DNA from: an uncultured Actinomycetota bacterium | GTDB lineage: Bacteria > Actinomycetota > Actinomycetes > S36-B12 > GCA-2699445 | Length of the DNA stretch: 64,000 nt | Direction of reading: 5' to 3' | Assembly: GCA_963766005.1 (NCBI GenBank) | Contig: CAVXYG010000012.1 | Location: 17,172-81,171, forward strand | In this document: piece by piece, positions 17,988 through 27,323 of the stretch | Position numbering within the stretch: the stretch's first letter is position 1 | How the letters are laid out: each line of letters starts with the position of its first letter | Position numbers and translations under genes: made by a program | Notes under the pieces: model-generated | What the model saw: the letters and a program-made list of their open reading frames with translations, nothing else | Database searches by the model: none | What the model was told of the DNA's origin: nothing

Positions 17988-18803
17988 ATGGCAATGCCGC
18001 ACCGCGGGGTCGTCGTCCCCGACGCCAAGATCGCGCTCTCCACCGCCTCGGTCTACCCGGAGTCGACCGGAGCCGCGTTCGAGATCGCCTCCCGGCTCGG
18101 CTACGACGGCCTGGAGGTCATGGTCATGACCGACGCCGTGAGCCAGGACGTGGACGCGCTGCGTCGGCTGTCGGACCACTACGGGATGCCCGTCTTGGCC
18201 ATCCATGCCCCCTGCCTGCTCGTGACGCAGCGGGTATGGGGCACCGATCCATGGGAGAAGCTGCGACGTTCCCAGCGGGTGGCCGAGGAGCTCGGGGCCT
18301 CCACCGTCGTCGTCCATCCGCCGTTCCGCTGGCAGCGCGACTACGCCCGCGACTTCGTGATCGGCCTGCGCAGAATGACGCAGGAGACCGATGTGCAGTT
18401 CGCCGTGGAGAACATGTACCCGTGGCGCGCCCGCAACCGCGAGGTGGCGGCCTACAGCCCCGACTGGGACATCCGCCACGAGGACTACCCCCACACCACG
18501 TTGGACCTGTCCCATACGGCCGTTTCGGGTACCGACCCGCTGCGGATGGCGCGTGACCTGGGGGAGCGGCTGGTGCATCTGCACCTCGCAGACGGCACCG
18601 GTTCGCCGCGAGACGAGCACCTGATACCCGGCCGGGGGTCCCAGCCGGCTGGCGAGCTGCTCGAGGTTATGGCCGGAAGCGGCTTCGCGGGCACCGTGGT
18701 GCTGGAGGTCTCTACCCGCAGGGCGGGGTCGCGAGCGGAACGCGAGGCAGACCTGGCCGAGGCGTTGGCGTTCGCCCGCCTCCATCTCGCCACGACCGCC
18801 TGA
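17988..18803 (+). CDS. sugar phosphate isomerase/epimerase (xylose isomerase-like TIM barrel)
   Basis: ATG 17988 in ORF 17874..18803, 271 aa. GYDGLEV...VVHPP...FAVENM...HLHLADG pattern of the AP-endonuclease-2/TIM barrel family. Confidence 0.8.
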   Translation: MAMPHRGVVVPDAKIALSTASVYPESTGAAFEIASRLGYDGLEVMVMTDAVSQDVDALRRLSDHYGMPVLAIHAPCLLVTQRVWGTDPWEKLRRSQRVAEELGASTVVVHPPFRWQRDYARDFVIGLRRMTQETDVQFAVENMYPWRARNREVAAYSPDWDIRHEDYPHTTLDLSHTAVSGTDPLRMARDLGERLVHLHLADGTGSPRDEHLIPGRGSQPAGELLEVMAGSGFAGTVVLEVSTRRAGSRAEREADLAEALAFARLHLATTA

Positions 18804-18843
18804 CCCAGTCCCCCGGGTCGCGACGCCGGCACCGCGCAGTCGT

Positions 18844-18889
18844 TGATCGCCGCGAATTCCCGTCCCAGAGCCAGAATTCGCGGCGATCA
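18844..18889. terminator. perfect 16-bp inverted repeat, either a terminator hairpin or an operator
   Basis: TGATCGCCGCGAATTC (18844-18859), 14-nt spacer, GAATTCGCGGCGATCA (18874-18889). Lies 40 nt after the isomerase stop and about 100 nt before the TetR start. Confidence 0.5.
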
Positions 18890-18991
18890 GTGAGAGGCAT
18901 CGCGGGCCTGGGGGCCGTGGTGGCGGTCGGCGCGAACGACTGCCGGGGGATGATTCGGCATCGAATGCGGCCCGCCGATAGGCTCACCTGT

Positions 18992-19618
18992 ATGCCGACG
19001 GACGACGTTCGCGATGCGGTGCTCGACGCCGCCCGAGCCGCTTTCCACACGCGTGGATACGCCAAGACGACGGTGAAGGGCGTCGCCGCCATGGCGGGCG
19101 TTGCTCCGAACGTGGTCTCGAAGTATTACGAGAACAAGGAGGCGATGTTCGCAGCAGCGATGAAGCTGCCGTTCGACCCCTCACACGCGGTGCCGGAACT
19201 GCTTGCGCCGGGTCTCGACGGCATGGGCGAGCGCCTCGTTCGCGCCACGTTCGAGATTTTTCGCGACGAGGACACGCGCGAGGACCTGCTGGCGCTGTTC
19301 CAGGCCGGCGCCTCGGCCGGCAAAGCGGCTGCGACCATGCGCGAGTTCATCGAGGAGTCGATCGTGGACCGACTCGTCACCGCGGTCGGCATCCCGGACG
19401 CCCGGATGCGCGCGGCGCTCATCAGCAGCCACCTCGTCGGTCTCGGGGCCACGCGCTACTTGGTGCGGCTGGAACCCCTGGCCTCGGCGCCGGAGGAGCA
19501 GATCGTGCGGATCTACGCCCCGGTCATCCAGGATCTGCTGGACCCGTCCAAGCCGCTGCCCAAGCCCCGCGCGACTCCGGGCGGCTCCTCGCCGGCACAT
19601 CCACGAGGCGGCCGGTAG
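18992..19618 (+). CDS. TetR family transcriptional regulator
   Basis: ATG 18992 in ORF 18890..19618, 208 aa. N-terminal HTH region AVLDAARAAFHTRGYAKTTVKGVAAMAGVAPNVVSKYY. Confidence 0.85.
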   Translation: MPTDDVRDAVLDAARAAFHTRGYAKTTVKGVAAMAGVAPNVVSKYYENKEAMFAAAMKLPFDPSHAVPELLAPGLDGMGERLVRATFEIFRDEDTREDLLALFQAGASAGKAAATMREFIEESIVDRLVTAVGIPDARMRAALISSHLVGLGATRYLVRLEPLASAPEEQIVRIYAPVIQDLLDPSKPLPKPRATPGGSSPAHPRGGR

Positions 19619-19689
19619 GCAGATCGCAGGGCCCGCGGCCTTGGGCGGATGAGCCGAGGTGGCGCCCCCAGCCCTGCCCGGCCACCATC

Positions 19690-19784
19690 GGCGGCCCGGC
19701 GGCCCGGCGGCCCGGCGGGCCCGGCGGCCCGGCGGCCCGGCGGCCCGGCGGCCCGGCGGCCCGGCGGCCCGGCGGCCCGGCGGC
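19690..19784. repeat. 8-bp microsatellite (GGCGGCCC), about 11.75 copies including one 9-bp variant
   Basis: Read directly: three 8-bp units, one GGCGGGCCC, seven more units, then a partial GGCGGC. Intergenic between the TetR stop (19618) and the proline dehydrogenase start (19917). Confidence 0.95.
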
Positions 19785-19916
19785 TACACCCGCTGTCGCC
19801 CGGGTGGACGGAAACCGGGATCATGGGAACGGTCGAGCGATGTCGGAGCCGACCGCGTAGCCTGATCCCGATGATCATTGCGCCGTCCTGAGGTCGGCGG
19901 CCGTGAGGAGGTCGAC

Positions 19917-20846
19917 GTGATCCGTCGGGTACTGCTGTCCGTGTCGGAGAGCGATCGGATTCGGGACACGGCGGTCGCCGCTCCGGTGACCCGTGACATC
20001 GTCAAGCGCTACATCGCCGGTGAGTCCATCCCCGAGGCTGTCGAGACGACGTCGGAACTGCTCGGCCGCGGACTGACCGTCACGATCGATCGCCTCGGCG
20101 AAGACATCACCGAGCTCGCCCAGGCCGAGACCACCCGGGATGACTACATCGGCCTGCTCGACCAGTTGCGCGAGGCGGGGCTGACCTCCGACGCCGAGGT
20201 GTCGCTGAAGCTGTCGGCCCTCGGCCAGGCCCTGCCGGGCATCGGCGAGGACGCGGCGCTGGCGAACGCGCGCGCCGTGTGCGCCAAGGCCGCCGAGGTC
20301 GGCGCCACCGTCACGCTGGATATGGAGGACCACACCACCACCGATGCCACGCTGGCGACACTGCGGATCCTGCGCCGCGACTACCCGTGGGTGGGGGCGG
20401 TGCTGCAGTCGTACCTGTTCCGCACCGAGCAGGACTGCCGCGATCTCGCGACCGAGGGCTCGCGGGTGCGGCTGTGCAAGGGCGCCTACCGGGAGCCGCC
20501 GAGCGTCGCCTACACCAGGCGCCACGACATCGACCTGGCCTACGTGCGCTGCCTGAAGATCCTGATGCACGGCGACGGGTTGCCCTTGCTCGCCACGCAC
20601 GATCCGCGACTGATCGAGATCGGCAGAGCGATCGCGATGCAGGCGGACCGCCCCAAGGGCAGCTACGAGTTCCAGATGCTCCTGGGGGTACGGCCCGAGG
20701 AGCAGCAGCGGCTGTCCGACGACGGCGAGACGGTACGGGTCTACGTCCCCTACGGCGAGGACTGGTACGGCTACATGGTGCGGCGGATGGCGGAGAAGCC
20801 CGCCAACGTCGCCCTGTTCCTGAAGTCGCTTCGGTCCACGAAGTAG
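19917..20846 (+). CDS. proline dehydrogenase (monofunctional)
   Basis: GTG 19917 preceded by GAGGAGG, in ORF 19878..20846, 309 aa. ...TIDRLGE...TLDMEDH...LQSYL...RLCKGAY...ATHD...FQMLLG...VYVPYG matches the PRODH family pattern. Confidence 0.88.
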   Translation: MIRRVLLSVSESDRIRDTAVAAPVTRDIVKRYIAGESIPEAVETTSELLGRGLTVTIDRLGEDITELAQAETTRDDYIGLLDQLREAGLTSDAEVSLKLSALGQALPGIGEDAALANARAVCAKAAEVGATVTLDMEDHTTTDATLATLRILRRDYPWVGAVLQSYLFRTEQDCRDLATEGSRVRLCKGAYREPPSVAYTRRHDIDLAYVRCLKILMHGDGLPLLATHDPRLIEIGRAIAMQADRPKGSYEFQMLLGVRPEEQQRLSDDGETVRVYVPYGEDWYGYMVRRMAEKPANVALFLKSLRSTK

Positions 20847-20879
20847 CCTGCGCACGGCCAAGGGCATCGGAGGGGGATC

Positions 20880-21680
20880 ATGCACGTCATCGCAGTGCTG
20901 GGGGCCGGCGTCATGGGGGAGGCCCTGCTGTCGGGGCTCATCCGGGCCGGCCGGCGGGTGGATGATCTCCTCATCGCCGAGAAGCGCGCCGACCGGGCCG
21001 ACGAGTTGCGCCAGCGCTACGGCGTGGAGGTCGTGGCGCCGATCGAGGCCGCCCAGCGCGCCGACACGCTCCTGCTCGTGGTCAAGCCGCAGGATATGGC
21101 CGGGCTGCTGGACACCATCTCCGGGGAGATCCAACCGCACGCGCTGGTCGTCTCGTTGGCGGCCGGCGTCACGACGAAGTACTTGGAGTCCCGGCTGCCG
21201 GAGGGCACTGCGGTGGTGCGGGTGATGCCGAACACCCCGGCCCTGGTGGACCAGGGGATGACAGCGCTGTCGCCGGGCGTGCACTGCAGCGAGGAGCAGC
21301 TCGCCCATGCCGAGGATCTGATGTGCGCCGTCGGCAAGACGATCCGGATCGCGGAGCATCTGCAGGACGCCGTCACGGCGATCTCGGGCAGCGGTCCGGC
21401 CTACGTCTTCTTCGTGGTCGAGGCGATGATCGAGGCCGGCGTGCACCTCGGGCTGCCGCGCGCCATGGCGACCGATCTCGTCGTCCAGACGGCCTACGGC
21501 GCCGCGACGATGCTGAAGGAGACCGGGGAGCATCCCACGGTGCTGCGCGAGCAGGTGACCTCCCCGGCCGGCACGACTGCCGCCGCGCTGCGAGAACTCG
21601 AAGTGCACCGCGTCCGGGCAGCGTTCCTGTCGGCCATGGAGGCGGCCCGCGACCGTTCCCGGGCCCTGGGCCAGGCGTGA
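20880..21680 (+). CDS. proC: pyrroline-5-carboxylate reductase
   Basis: ORF 20880..21680, 266 aa. GAGVMGEALLSG Rossmann fold, VMPNTPA, SGSGPAY, TSPAGTT motifs. Confidence 0.92.
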   Translation: MHVIAVLGAGVMGEALLSGLIRAGRRVDDLLIAEKRADRADELRQRYGVEVVAPIEAAQRADTLLLVVKPQDMAGLLDTISGEIQPHALVVSLAAGVTTKYLESRLPEGTAVVRVMPNTPALVDQGMTALSPGVHCSEEQLAHAEDLMCAVGKTIRIAEHLQDAVTAISGSGPAYVFFVVEAMIEAGVHLGLPRAMATDLVVQTAYGAATMLKETGEHPTVLREQVTSPAGTTAAALRELEVHRVRAAFLSAMEAARDRSRALGQA

Positions 21681-21830
21681 AGCGTTGCCCGGCCCCTCTG
21701 GGCGAGGCAACGCGCCGGACCTGGCCGATCCGCGACGCTGAGCCCGGGACGGCGCCGGCCGGCAGGCCCCGTACCACCTGATCTGGCGGGCAGCCCGACA
21801 CGCGCCCAGCCCGCGGGATACCGTGGCGCT

Positions 21831-23030
21831 GTGAGTCAGTCGGTCTCCGTGGTGTGGAACGATGGGTTGACGGCGTACAACTTCGGACCGACCCATCCCT
21901 TCAGCCCGGTCCGGGTGGCGTTGGCGATGCGCTTGGCCGATGAGTTCGGCCTGCTGGACCACTCCAACGTCACCCTCGTCAGCGACTTCCCCTCCGCCAC
22001 CGACGAGCAGCTGCTGACCGTCCACACCCCGGCACTCCTCGATGCGGTGAAGCAGGCGGGCGAGCATCCGGAGGCGTACGACAACGAGCCGTTCGGTCTC
22101 GGCACCGCCGACACCCCGGCGTTCCGCGGCATGCATGAAGCAGCCGCCCGGGTCGTCGGCGCCACGATGGCCGCGGCGCAGGAGGTGCATCAGGGGCGCG
22201 CCCAGCATGCAGTGAACATCGCCGGCGGACTGCACCACTCCATGCCGGAGCGTGCCAGCGGCTTCTGCGTCTACAACGACATCGCAGTGGCGATCGAGTG
22301 GTTGCTGGCGCAGGGCGTGGAGCGGATCGCCTACATCGACGTCGACGTCCATCACGGCGACGGCGTCCAGGCCGCGTTCTGGAACGACGCCCGGGTCCTG
22401 ACCATGTCGATCCACGAGTCCCCGGTCACGCTGTTCCCGGGGACCGGCTACCCGGACGAGGTCGGCGGCCCCGACGCGATGGGATCGGCGGTCAACATCG
22501 CGCTGCCTGCGGGCACCGGAGACCAGGGCTGGCTGCGCGCGTTCCACGCGGTCGTCCCGCACCTGCTCAAGGCCTTCCGGCCGCAGGTCATCGTGAGTCA
22601 GCACGGTTGCGACACCCACTTCGAGGATCCGCTGGCCAATCTCGTGGTCTCGGTCGATGGGCAGCGGATGGCAGCCGACGCCATCCATCGGTGGTCCCAC
22701 CGCTATGCCGGTGGCCAGTGGATCGCGGTCGGGGGCGGAGGCTACGAGTGGGTCGATGTCGTCCCCCGGGCCTGGACGCACCTCATCGGGATCCTCATCG
22801 GCAAGCCGGTCCAGCCGCAGGCCCAGGTCCCGTTGGGCTACCACGAGTACGTCATGGAGCTGCTCGGCCGACAGGCTCCTGGTTCCATGACCGACGGTTT
22901 CGACCCGTGGCCGAAGAACTGGGATCTCGGGTACGACCCCGCCGACCCGGTCGACGCCGCGGTCATCGCCACCCGCAAAGCGGTCTTCCCCCACCACGGC
23001 CTCGCGGCGGACAGCTGGCACGGCTTCTGA
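21831..23030 (+). CDS. acetoin utilization AcuC-like / histone deacetylase family protein
   Basis: ORF 21831..23030, 399 aa. GGLHHSMPERASGFCVYND, DVDVHHGDGVQ, and a G(Y)-containing C-terminal region characteristic of class I HDAC-like amidohydrolases. Confidence 0.85.
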   Translation: MSQSVSVVWNDGLTAYNFGPTHPFSPVRVALAMRLADEFGLLDHSNVTLVSDFPSATDEQLLTVHTPALLDAVKQAGEHPEAYDNEPFGLGTADTPAFRGMHEAAARVVGATMAAAQEVHQGRAQHAVNIAGGLHHSMPERASGFCVYNDIAVAIEWLLAQGVERIAYIDVDVHHGDGVQAAFWNDARVLTMSIHESPVTLFPGTGYPDEVGGPDAMGSAVNIALPAGTGDQGWLRAFHAVVPHLLKAFRPQVIVSQHGCDTHFEDPLANLVVSVDGQRMAADAIHRWSHRYAGGQWIAVGGGGYEWVDVVPRAWTHLIGILIGKPVQPQAQVPLGYHEYVMELLGRQAPGSMTDGFDPWPKNWDLGYDPADPVDAAVIATRKAVFPHHGLAADSWHGF

Positions 23031-23314
23031 GCCGTCGTCCCCGGCTGCGCGTGGTCGAAGCCGATGCCCTCAACGCCGCCCCGACGGCCGCGGCACCCCG
23101 TAGCGTTCGCCCGTCCCACCAGAAGCGCCGGGCGGGACGAACCGAACGCCGGACACGGATCCCGGGAAGGATCGCCGGTACGTCGCGCCTCGTCTTCCGC
23201 CTCCGGCCACCGGTGGCTCCTCAAGCCGCGACGGGCAGTACGCTTGGGCAGTGCGGGCCCGATGCGATCTGCTCGGGCCGTCATCATGCAGGGTGAGAGA
23301 TTGAGGGTCCCGTT

Positions 23315-23413
23315 ATGGGTTCGGTGATCAAGAAGCGGCGCAAGCGGATGGCGAAGAAGAAGCACCGCAAACTGCTGAAGCGCACGCGGGTCCAGCGCCG
23401 CAACAAGAAGTAG
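23315..23413 (+). CDS. small ribosomal subunit protein bS22 (actinobacterial, 32 aa)
   Basis: Absent from the ORF track because it is too short. ATG 23315 to TAG 23411-23413 encodes [32 protein letters not shown], nearly identical to mycobacterial bS22. GAGGG lies upstream. The proC ... bS22-epimerase-acyltransferase synteny matches M. tuberculosis Rv0500-Rv0502. Confidence 0.85.
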   Translation: MGSVIKKRRKRMAKKKHRKLLKRTRVQRRNKK

Positions 23414-23454
23414 CGTCGCACCGAACGCAGGCCATCAATCGTGAGGAGGGGCGG

Positions 23455-24504
23455 ATGGGTCGCGTCGTCCTGATCACCGGAGTCTCCCGGTACCTGGGGG
23501 GTCGGATGGCCCAGATCCTGACCGCGGATCCCCAGGTCGACCGCGTCATCGGGGTCGATGTCGTGCCGCCCCGAGCGCCGATCGGCGGTGCCGAGTTCGT
23601 GCGGGCCGACATCCGAAACCCGATCATCGCCAAGGTGATCAACGCGGCGTCGGTGGACACGGTGGTCCATATGGGCATCATCGCCACGCCGCTGCAGGCG
23701 GGCGGCCGCACGTCGATGAAAGAGATCAACGTCATCGGCACCATGCAGCTGCTCGCGGCCTGCCAGAAGGCGCCCGCGGTCCGGCGCCTGGTCGTGAAAT
23801 CGACGACGTCGGTCTACGGGGCCGGCCCACGGGACCCGGCGATGTTCACCGAGGAGGTCGAGCCTCGGCACTCGCCCCGCTCCGGTTGGGCGAAGGACTC
23901 CGCCGAGGTGGAGGGGTACGTGCGCGGCTTCGCCCGCCGCCGACCCGACGTCTCGGTCTCGACGCTGCGGTTCGCGAACTTCATCGGCCCGGGCGTCCGC
24001 ACCCCGATGACGTCCTACTTCTCCCTGCCCGCCGTGCCAACGGTGGCCGGCTACGACGCGCGGCTGCAGTTCATCCATGAGGACGACGGACTCGAAGTCC
24101 TGCGGCTGGCCACGATCCACGAGCGGCCCGGGCTGTTCAATGTGGCAGGCGACGGCATCCTCCTGCTGTCGCAGGCAATCCGCCGCTCCGGCCGCCCGTC
24201 GGTGCCGATCCCGCCGCCCATGGTCTCGCTCGTGGGCCGCGGGTTCATCCGGGCCGGCCTGGCCGACTTCTCCCCCGAGCAGGTGCGGTTCCTGACCTAC
24301 GGCCGAGGCGTGGACACCCAGCGCATGCGCGAGGTCCTGCGGTTCGAACCGACCTACTCCACGAAGCAGGCCTTCGACGACTTCGTCGCGGCCCGCAATC
24401 TCAACCGCATCGCCACCCCGGAGCGGATCGCCTCGCTGGAGGCGGGGCTGCTGTCGGTGATCGGTGTGCCCCGTCCGGAGGAGCAGGAGGTCCGTCATGC
24501 CTGA
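23455..24504 (+). CDS. NAD-dependent epimerase/dehydratase family protein
   Basis: ORF 23455..24504, 349 aa. N-terminal VVLITGVSRYLGG Rossmann motif. Position equivalent to mycobacterial galE2-like Rv0501. Confidence 0.8.
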   Translation: MGRVVLITGVSRYLGGRMAQILTADPQVDRVIGVDVVPPRAPIGGAEFVRADIRNPIIAKVINAASVDTVVHMGIIATPLQAGGRTSMKEINVIGTMQLLAACQKAPAVRRLVVKSTTSVYGAGPRDPAMFTEEVEPRHSPRSGWAKDSAEVEGYVRGFARRRPDVSVSTLRFANFIGPGVRTPMTSYFSLPAVPTVAGYDARLQFIHEDDGLEVLRLATIHERPGLFNVAGDGILLLSQAIRRSGRPSVPIPPPMVSLVGRGFIRAGLADFSPEQVRFLTYGRGVDTQRMREVLRFEPTYSTKQAFDDFVAARNLNRIATPERIASLEAGLLSVIGVPRPEEQEVRHA

Positions 24505-25456
24505 CGCCCGCGTCATTCCGTTCGACGGGGATGCCAAACCGAACGCCCGGCGCACGCAGGACGAGGCCGCGCACCAGGGCGACCCGACCGCACTGCCGCG
24601 CAACGTCTTCGAGTCCCCGGACCTCGAGCAGCGGGTGGCCGAAGGGCTGGCGTTCCTGCGACGGCGCCTCACCGGCGACTACGAGGTCGACGATTTCGGC
24701 TTCGACCCCGAGCTGCAGGACAAGGTGCTCCTCGAGCCGTTCCGGCTGCTGTACGAGAAGTGGTTCCGGGTGGAGACCCGGGGGCTGGAGAACGTTCCCG
24801 ACACCGGCGGCGCGCTCGTGGTCGCCAACCATTCCGGCACCATCGCGCTGGATGCGGTGATGACCCAGCTAGCGCTGTTGGACCATCACCCGGCGCGCCG
24901 GCGGTTGCGGATGCTGGCCGCGGACATGGTGTTCAAACTCCCGTTCGTCGGCGAGTACGCGCGCAAGAGCGGCTCCACCCTGGCCTGTGCCCAGGATGCC
25001 CAGCGGCTGCTCGACTCCGGGGAACTGGTCGGGGTGTGGCCCGAGGGCTTCAAGGGCGTGGGCAAGCCGTTCAGCGAGCGCTACAAGTTGCAGCGCTTCG
25101 GCCGCGGAGGGTTCGTCTCGGCAGCGCTGCGGGCCAAGGTCCCGATCATCCCGGCGGCCATCGTGGGCGCCGAGGAGACCTACCCCATGATCGGCGACGC
25201 CCGTACCGTCGCGCGGATCTTCGGCCTGCCCTACGTTCCGATCACTCCGACGTTCCCGTTGCTCGGTCCGCTTGGGCTGGTGCCGCTGCCGAGCAAGTGG
25301 ATCATCAAGTTCGGCGAGCCGATCCACACCGAGGAGTTCGACGAGGCCGCCGCCGATGACCCGATGCTGGTGTTCAACCTCACCGACGAGGTCCGCGAGA
25401 CGATCCAGCAGCAGCTGTACCGCTTGCTCGTGCAGCGCCGCTCGGTGTTCTTCTAG
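24497..25456 (+). CDS. lysophospholipid (1-acyl-sn-glycerol-3-phosphate-type) acyltransferase family protein
   Basis: ATG 24497 preceded by GCAGGAGG, overlapping the upstream stop by 8 nt, 319 aa. VVANHSG (HX4D-type block), VWPEGFKG, PIIPAAIVG. Confidence 0.85.
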   Translation: MPDARVIPFDGDAKPNARRTQDEAAHQGDPTALPRNVFESPDLEQRVAEGLAFLRRRLTGDYEVDDFGFDPELQDKVLLEPFRLLYEKWFRVETRGLENVPDTGGALVVANHSGTIALDAVMTQLALLDHHPARRRLRMLAADMVFKLPFVGEYARKSGSTLACAQDAQRLLDSGELVGVWPEGFKGVGKPFSERYKLQRFGRGGFVSAALRAKVPIIPAAIVGAEETYPMIGDARTVARIFGLPYVPITPTFPLLGPLGLVPLPSKWIIKFGEPIHTEEFDEAAADDPMLVFNLTDEVRETIQQQLYRLLVQRRSVFF

Positions 25457-25572
25457 GACGTGCTCGGCAGCGACGCCGGCACCGTGCCCGAGCCTGTGAG
25501 TCCGCTCACGCCGGCCGCTGCAATGGTTACGTAGACCGACTCACGGGAACGCGCTGTGCCACAATCGACATC

Positions 25573-27066
25573 GTGACCGCGAACCTCGCTGAACTGGTGA
25601 CGGAGTCCGCGCGGCAGCGTCCCGGCCATGTGGCTGTCGTGGACGGAGACCGCCGGATGACGTACGCGGGCCTGGATTCCGCCGTCGACGCCTTCGCCGC
25701 CGGGCTGGCTGCCCAGGGCGTCGAGGCAGGGGATCGGGTGGCGCTGCTGCTGGGCAACCGCACCGAGTTCGTCGTCGCCTACTTCGGCACGCTGCGACGA
25801 GGCGCCATCGCGGTGCCGCTGAACACCAGTTCCGCCGCCGATGAGATCCGACATGCGATCGCCGAGGTCGATCCGGCGATCGTCTTCGCCGACGTTCCGC
25901 AGCGTGGTCTGGTCCAGGCCTCCGGCAACGAGTCGGTGCCGGTCGTCGTCACCGGCTCCGTCCAGTGGACGCGTCTGATCGCTGCCGGCCGCAAGGCTCC
26001 GTTCGAGGCACCGATGCCGAACTCCGATTCGGTTGCGGTGCTGCTGTTCACGGCGGGCAGCACGGGTCGGCCGAAGGCGGCGATGCTGACGCACCGGGCG
26101 CTGCTGGCCAACGTGGCCGAGCTGCGGGACCTGCAGCATCCACCGGCGATCCAGCCCGACGACGTCGTGCTCGGCGTGCTGCCGCTGTTCCACGTGTACT
26201 CGCTGAACACGGTGCTGGCACTCACCCTGGCCGCCGGCGCGACGCTGGTGCTGCAGCAGCGGTTCGTCGTCCGAGAGACGCTGGAATTGGTGCGCAGCGC
26301 CGCGATCACGGTGATCGGCGGAGCGCCGCCCATCTACATCGCCTGGAGCACCGAGCCGGATCTGCGCGAGATGCTCTCGGGGGTCCGCCTCATGACGTCG
26401 GGGTCATCACCGCTGCCTCCGGCGGTCTTCGACCAGTTCGCCACCGTCGCGGGCAAGCCGATCTGGGAGGGCTACGGTCTGACCGAATGCAGCCCCGTGG
26501 TCTCGCTGACACTGGTCTCCGGCAGGCCCAAGGCAGGGTCGGTGGGTCGACCGCTGCCCGGCGTCGAGGTGATGCTCGTCGACCAGGGCGGCGACCCGGC
26601 CGAGGACGGCACCGGGGAGGTGTACATCCGAGGCGAGTCCCTCTTCTCCGGCTACTGGCCCGACCGGCAGGGGGGACCGGACAAGAACGGCTGGTTCGCC
26701 ACCGGCGATGTGGCGGCGGTCGATGACGATGGCGACCTTCGCCTCGTCGATCGTCGCGGTGAGCTCATCCTGGTCTCCGGGTTCAACGTCTATCCGCGCG
26801 AGGTGGAGCGGGTGATCGAGGAGCTGCCGGGAGTGGCCGAGGTCGCCGTCATCGGTGTCCCGCATCCCTACTCCGGCGAGGCGGTCAAGGCCTTCGTGAG
26901 TCCGCTCAACGGACACGATCTGGATGCCGCGATGGTGGTCGCCCACTGCGAGCAGCGGCTGGCACGGTTCAAATGCCCCACGATCGTGGAGATGCTCGAC
27001 GAGTTGCCCCACTCGGCCATCGGCAAGATCGCCCGGGGACAGTTGCGGGAGCTGTCGAGCGCGTGA
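25573..27066 (+). CDS. AMP-dependent synthetase/ligase (long-chain fatty acid-CoA ligase-like)
   Basis: ORF 25573..27066, 497 aa. LFTAGSTGRPKAAMLTH AMP-binding motif, GYGLTE, GWFATGD, and a late conserved GKI(A)R. Confidence 0.88.
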   Translation: MTANLAELVTESARQRPGHVAVVDGDRRMTYAGLDSAVDAFAAGLAAQGVEAGDRVALLLGNRTEFVVAYFGTLRRGAIAVPLNTSSAADEIRHAIAEVDPAIVFADVPQRGLVQASGNESVPVVVTGSVQWTRLIAAGRKAPFEAPMPNSDSVAVLLFTAGSTGRPKAAMLTHRALLANVAELRDLQHPPAIQPDDVVLGVLPLFHVYSLNTVLALTLAAGATLVLQQRFVVRETLELVRSAAITVIGGAPPIYIAWSTEPDLREMLSGVRLMTSGSSPLPPAVFDQFATVAGKPIWEGYGLTECSPVVSLTLVSGRPKAGSVGRPLPGVEVMLVDQGGDPAEDGTGEVYIRGESLFSGYWPDRQGGPDKNGWFATGDVAAVDDDGDLRLVDRRGELILVSGFNVYPREVERVIEELPGVAEVAVIGVPHPYSGEAVKAFVSPLNGHDLDAAMVVAHCEQRLARFKCPTIVEMLDELPHSAIGKIARGQLRELSSA

Positions 27067-27314
27067 CGGACCGGGTGACGCTCATCGGCAAGCCCGGCTG
27101 CCACCTGTGCGACGTTGCCCGGCAGGTGGTGGAGGTCGTCTGCGCCGAGGCGGATCTGGACTTCACCGACCTCGACATCACCGGCGATCCGTTCCTGGCA
27201 TCCGAGTACGCCGAGGCGATCCCGGTCGTGCTCGTCGATGAGGTCGAGGTCGGCCGCTTCCGGGTCTCGCCGGAAGCGATCCGGGCAGCGCTTCAGCAAG
27301 CTCCGCGGCGCTAG
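27063..27314 (+). CDS. glutaredoxin-like (DUF836-type thioredoxin fold) protein
   Basis: GTG 27063 overlaps the ligase TGA (GTGA), 83 aa. VTLIGKPGCHLCD active-site motif. An alternative GTG at 27075 is possible. Confidence 0.7.
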   Translation: MTDRVTLIGKPGCHLCDVARQVVEVVCAEADLDFTDLDITGDPFLASEYAEAIPVVLVDEVEVGRFRVSPEAIRAALQQAPRR

Positions 27315-27323
27315 CCTGACGGC

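Noticed and set aside
19649-19891. Small ORFs encoding ARRPGGPAARRPGGP repeats.
   Set aside because: They are produced solely by the 8-bp microsatellite read in different frames. An 8-bp period is incompatible with selection on a reading frame.
19875-23021. 1048-aa minus-strand ORF, the largest in the window.
   Set aside because: It is antisense to three well-supported plus-strand genes (PRODH, proC, HDAC-like). Its Arg/Gly/Pro/Asp-rich composition has no recognisable domain, which is typical of a GC-rich antisense artefact.
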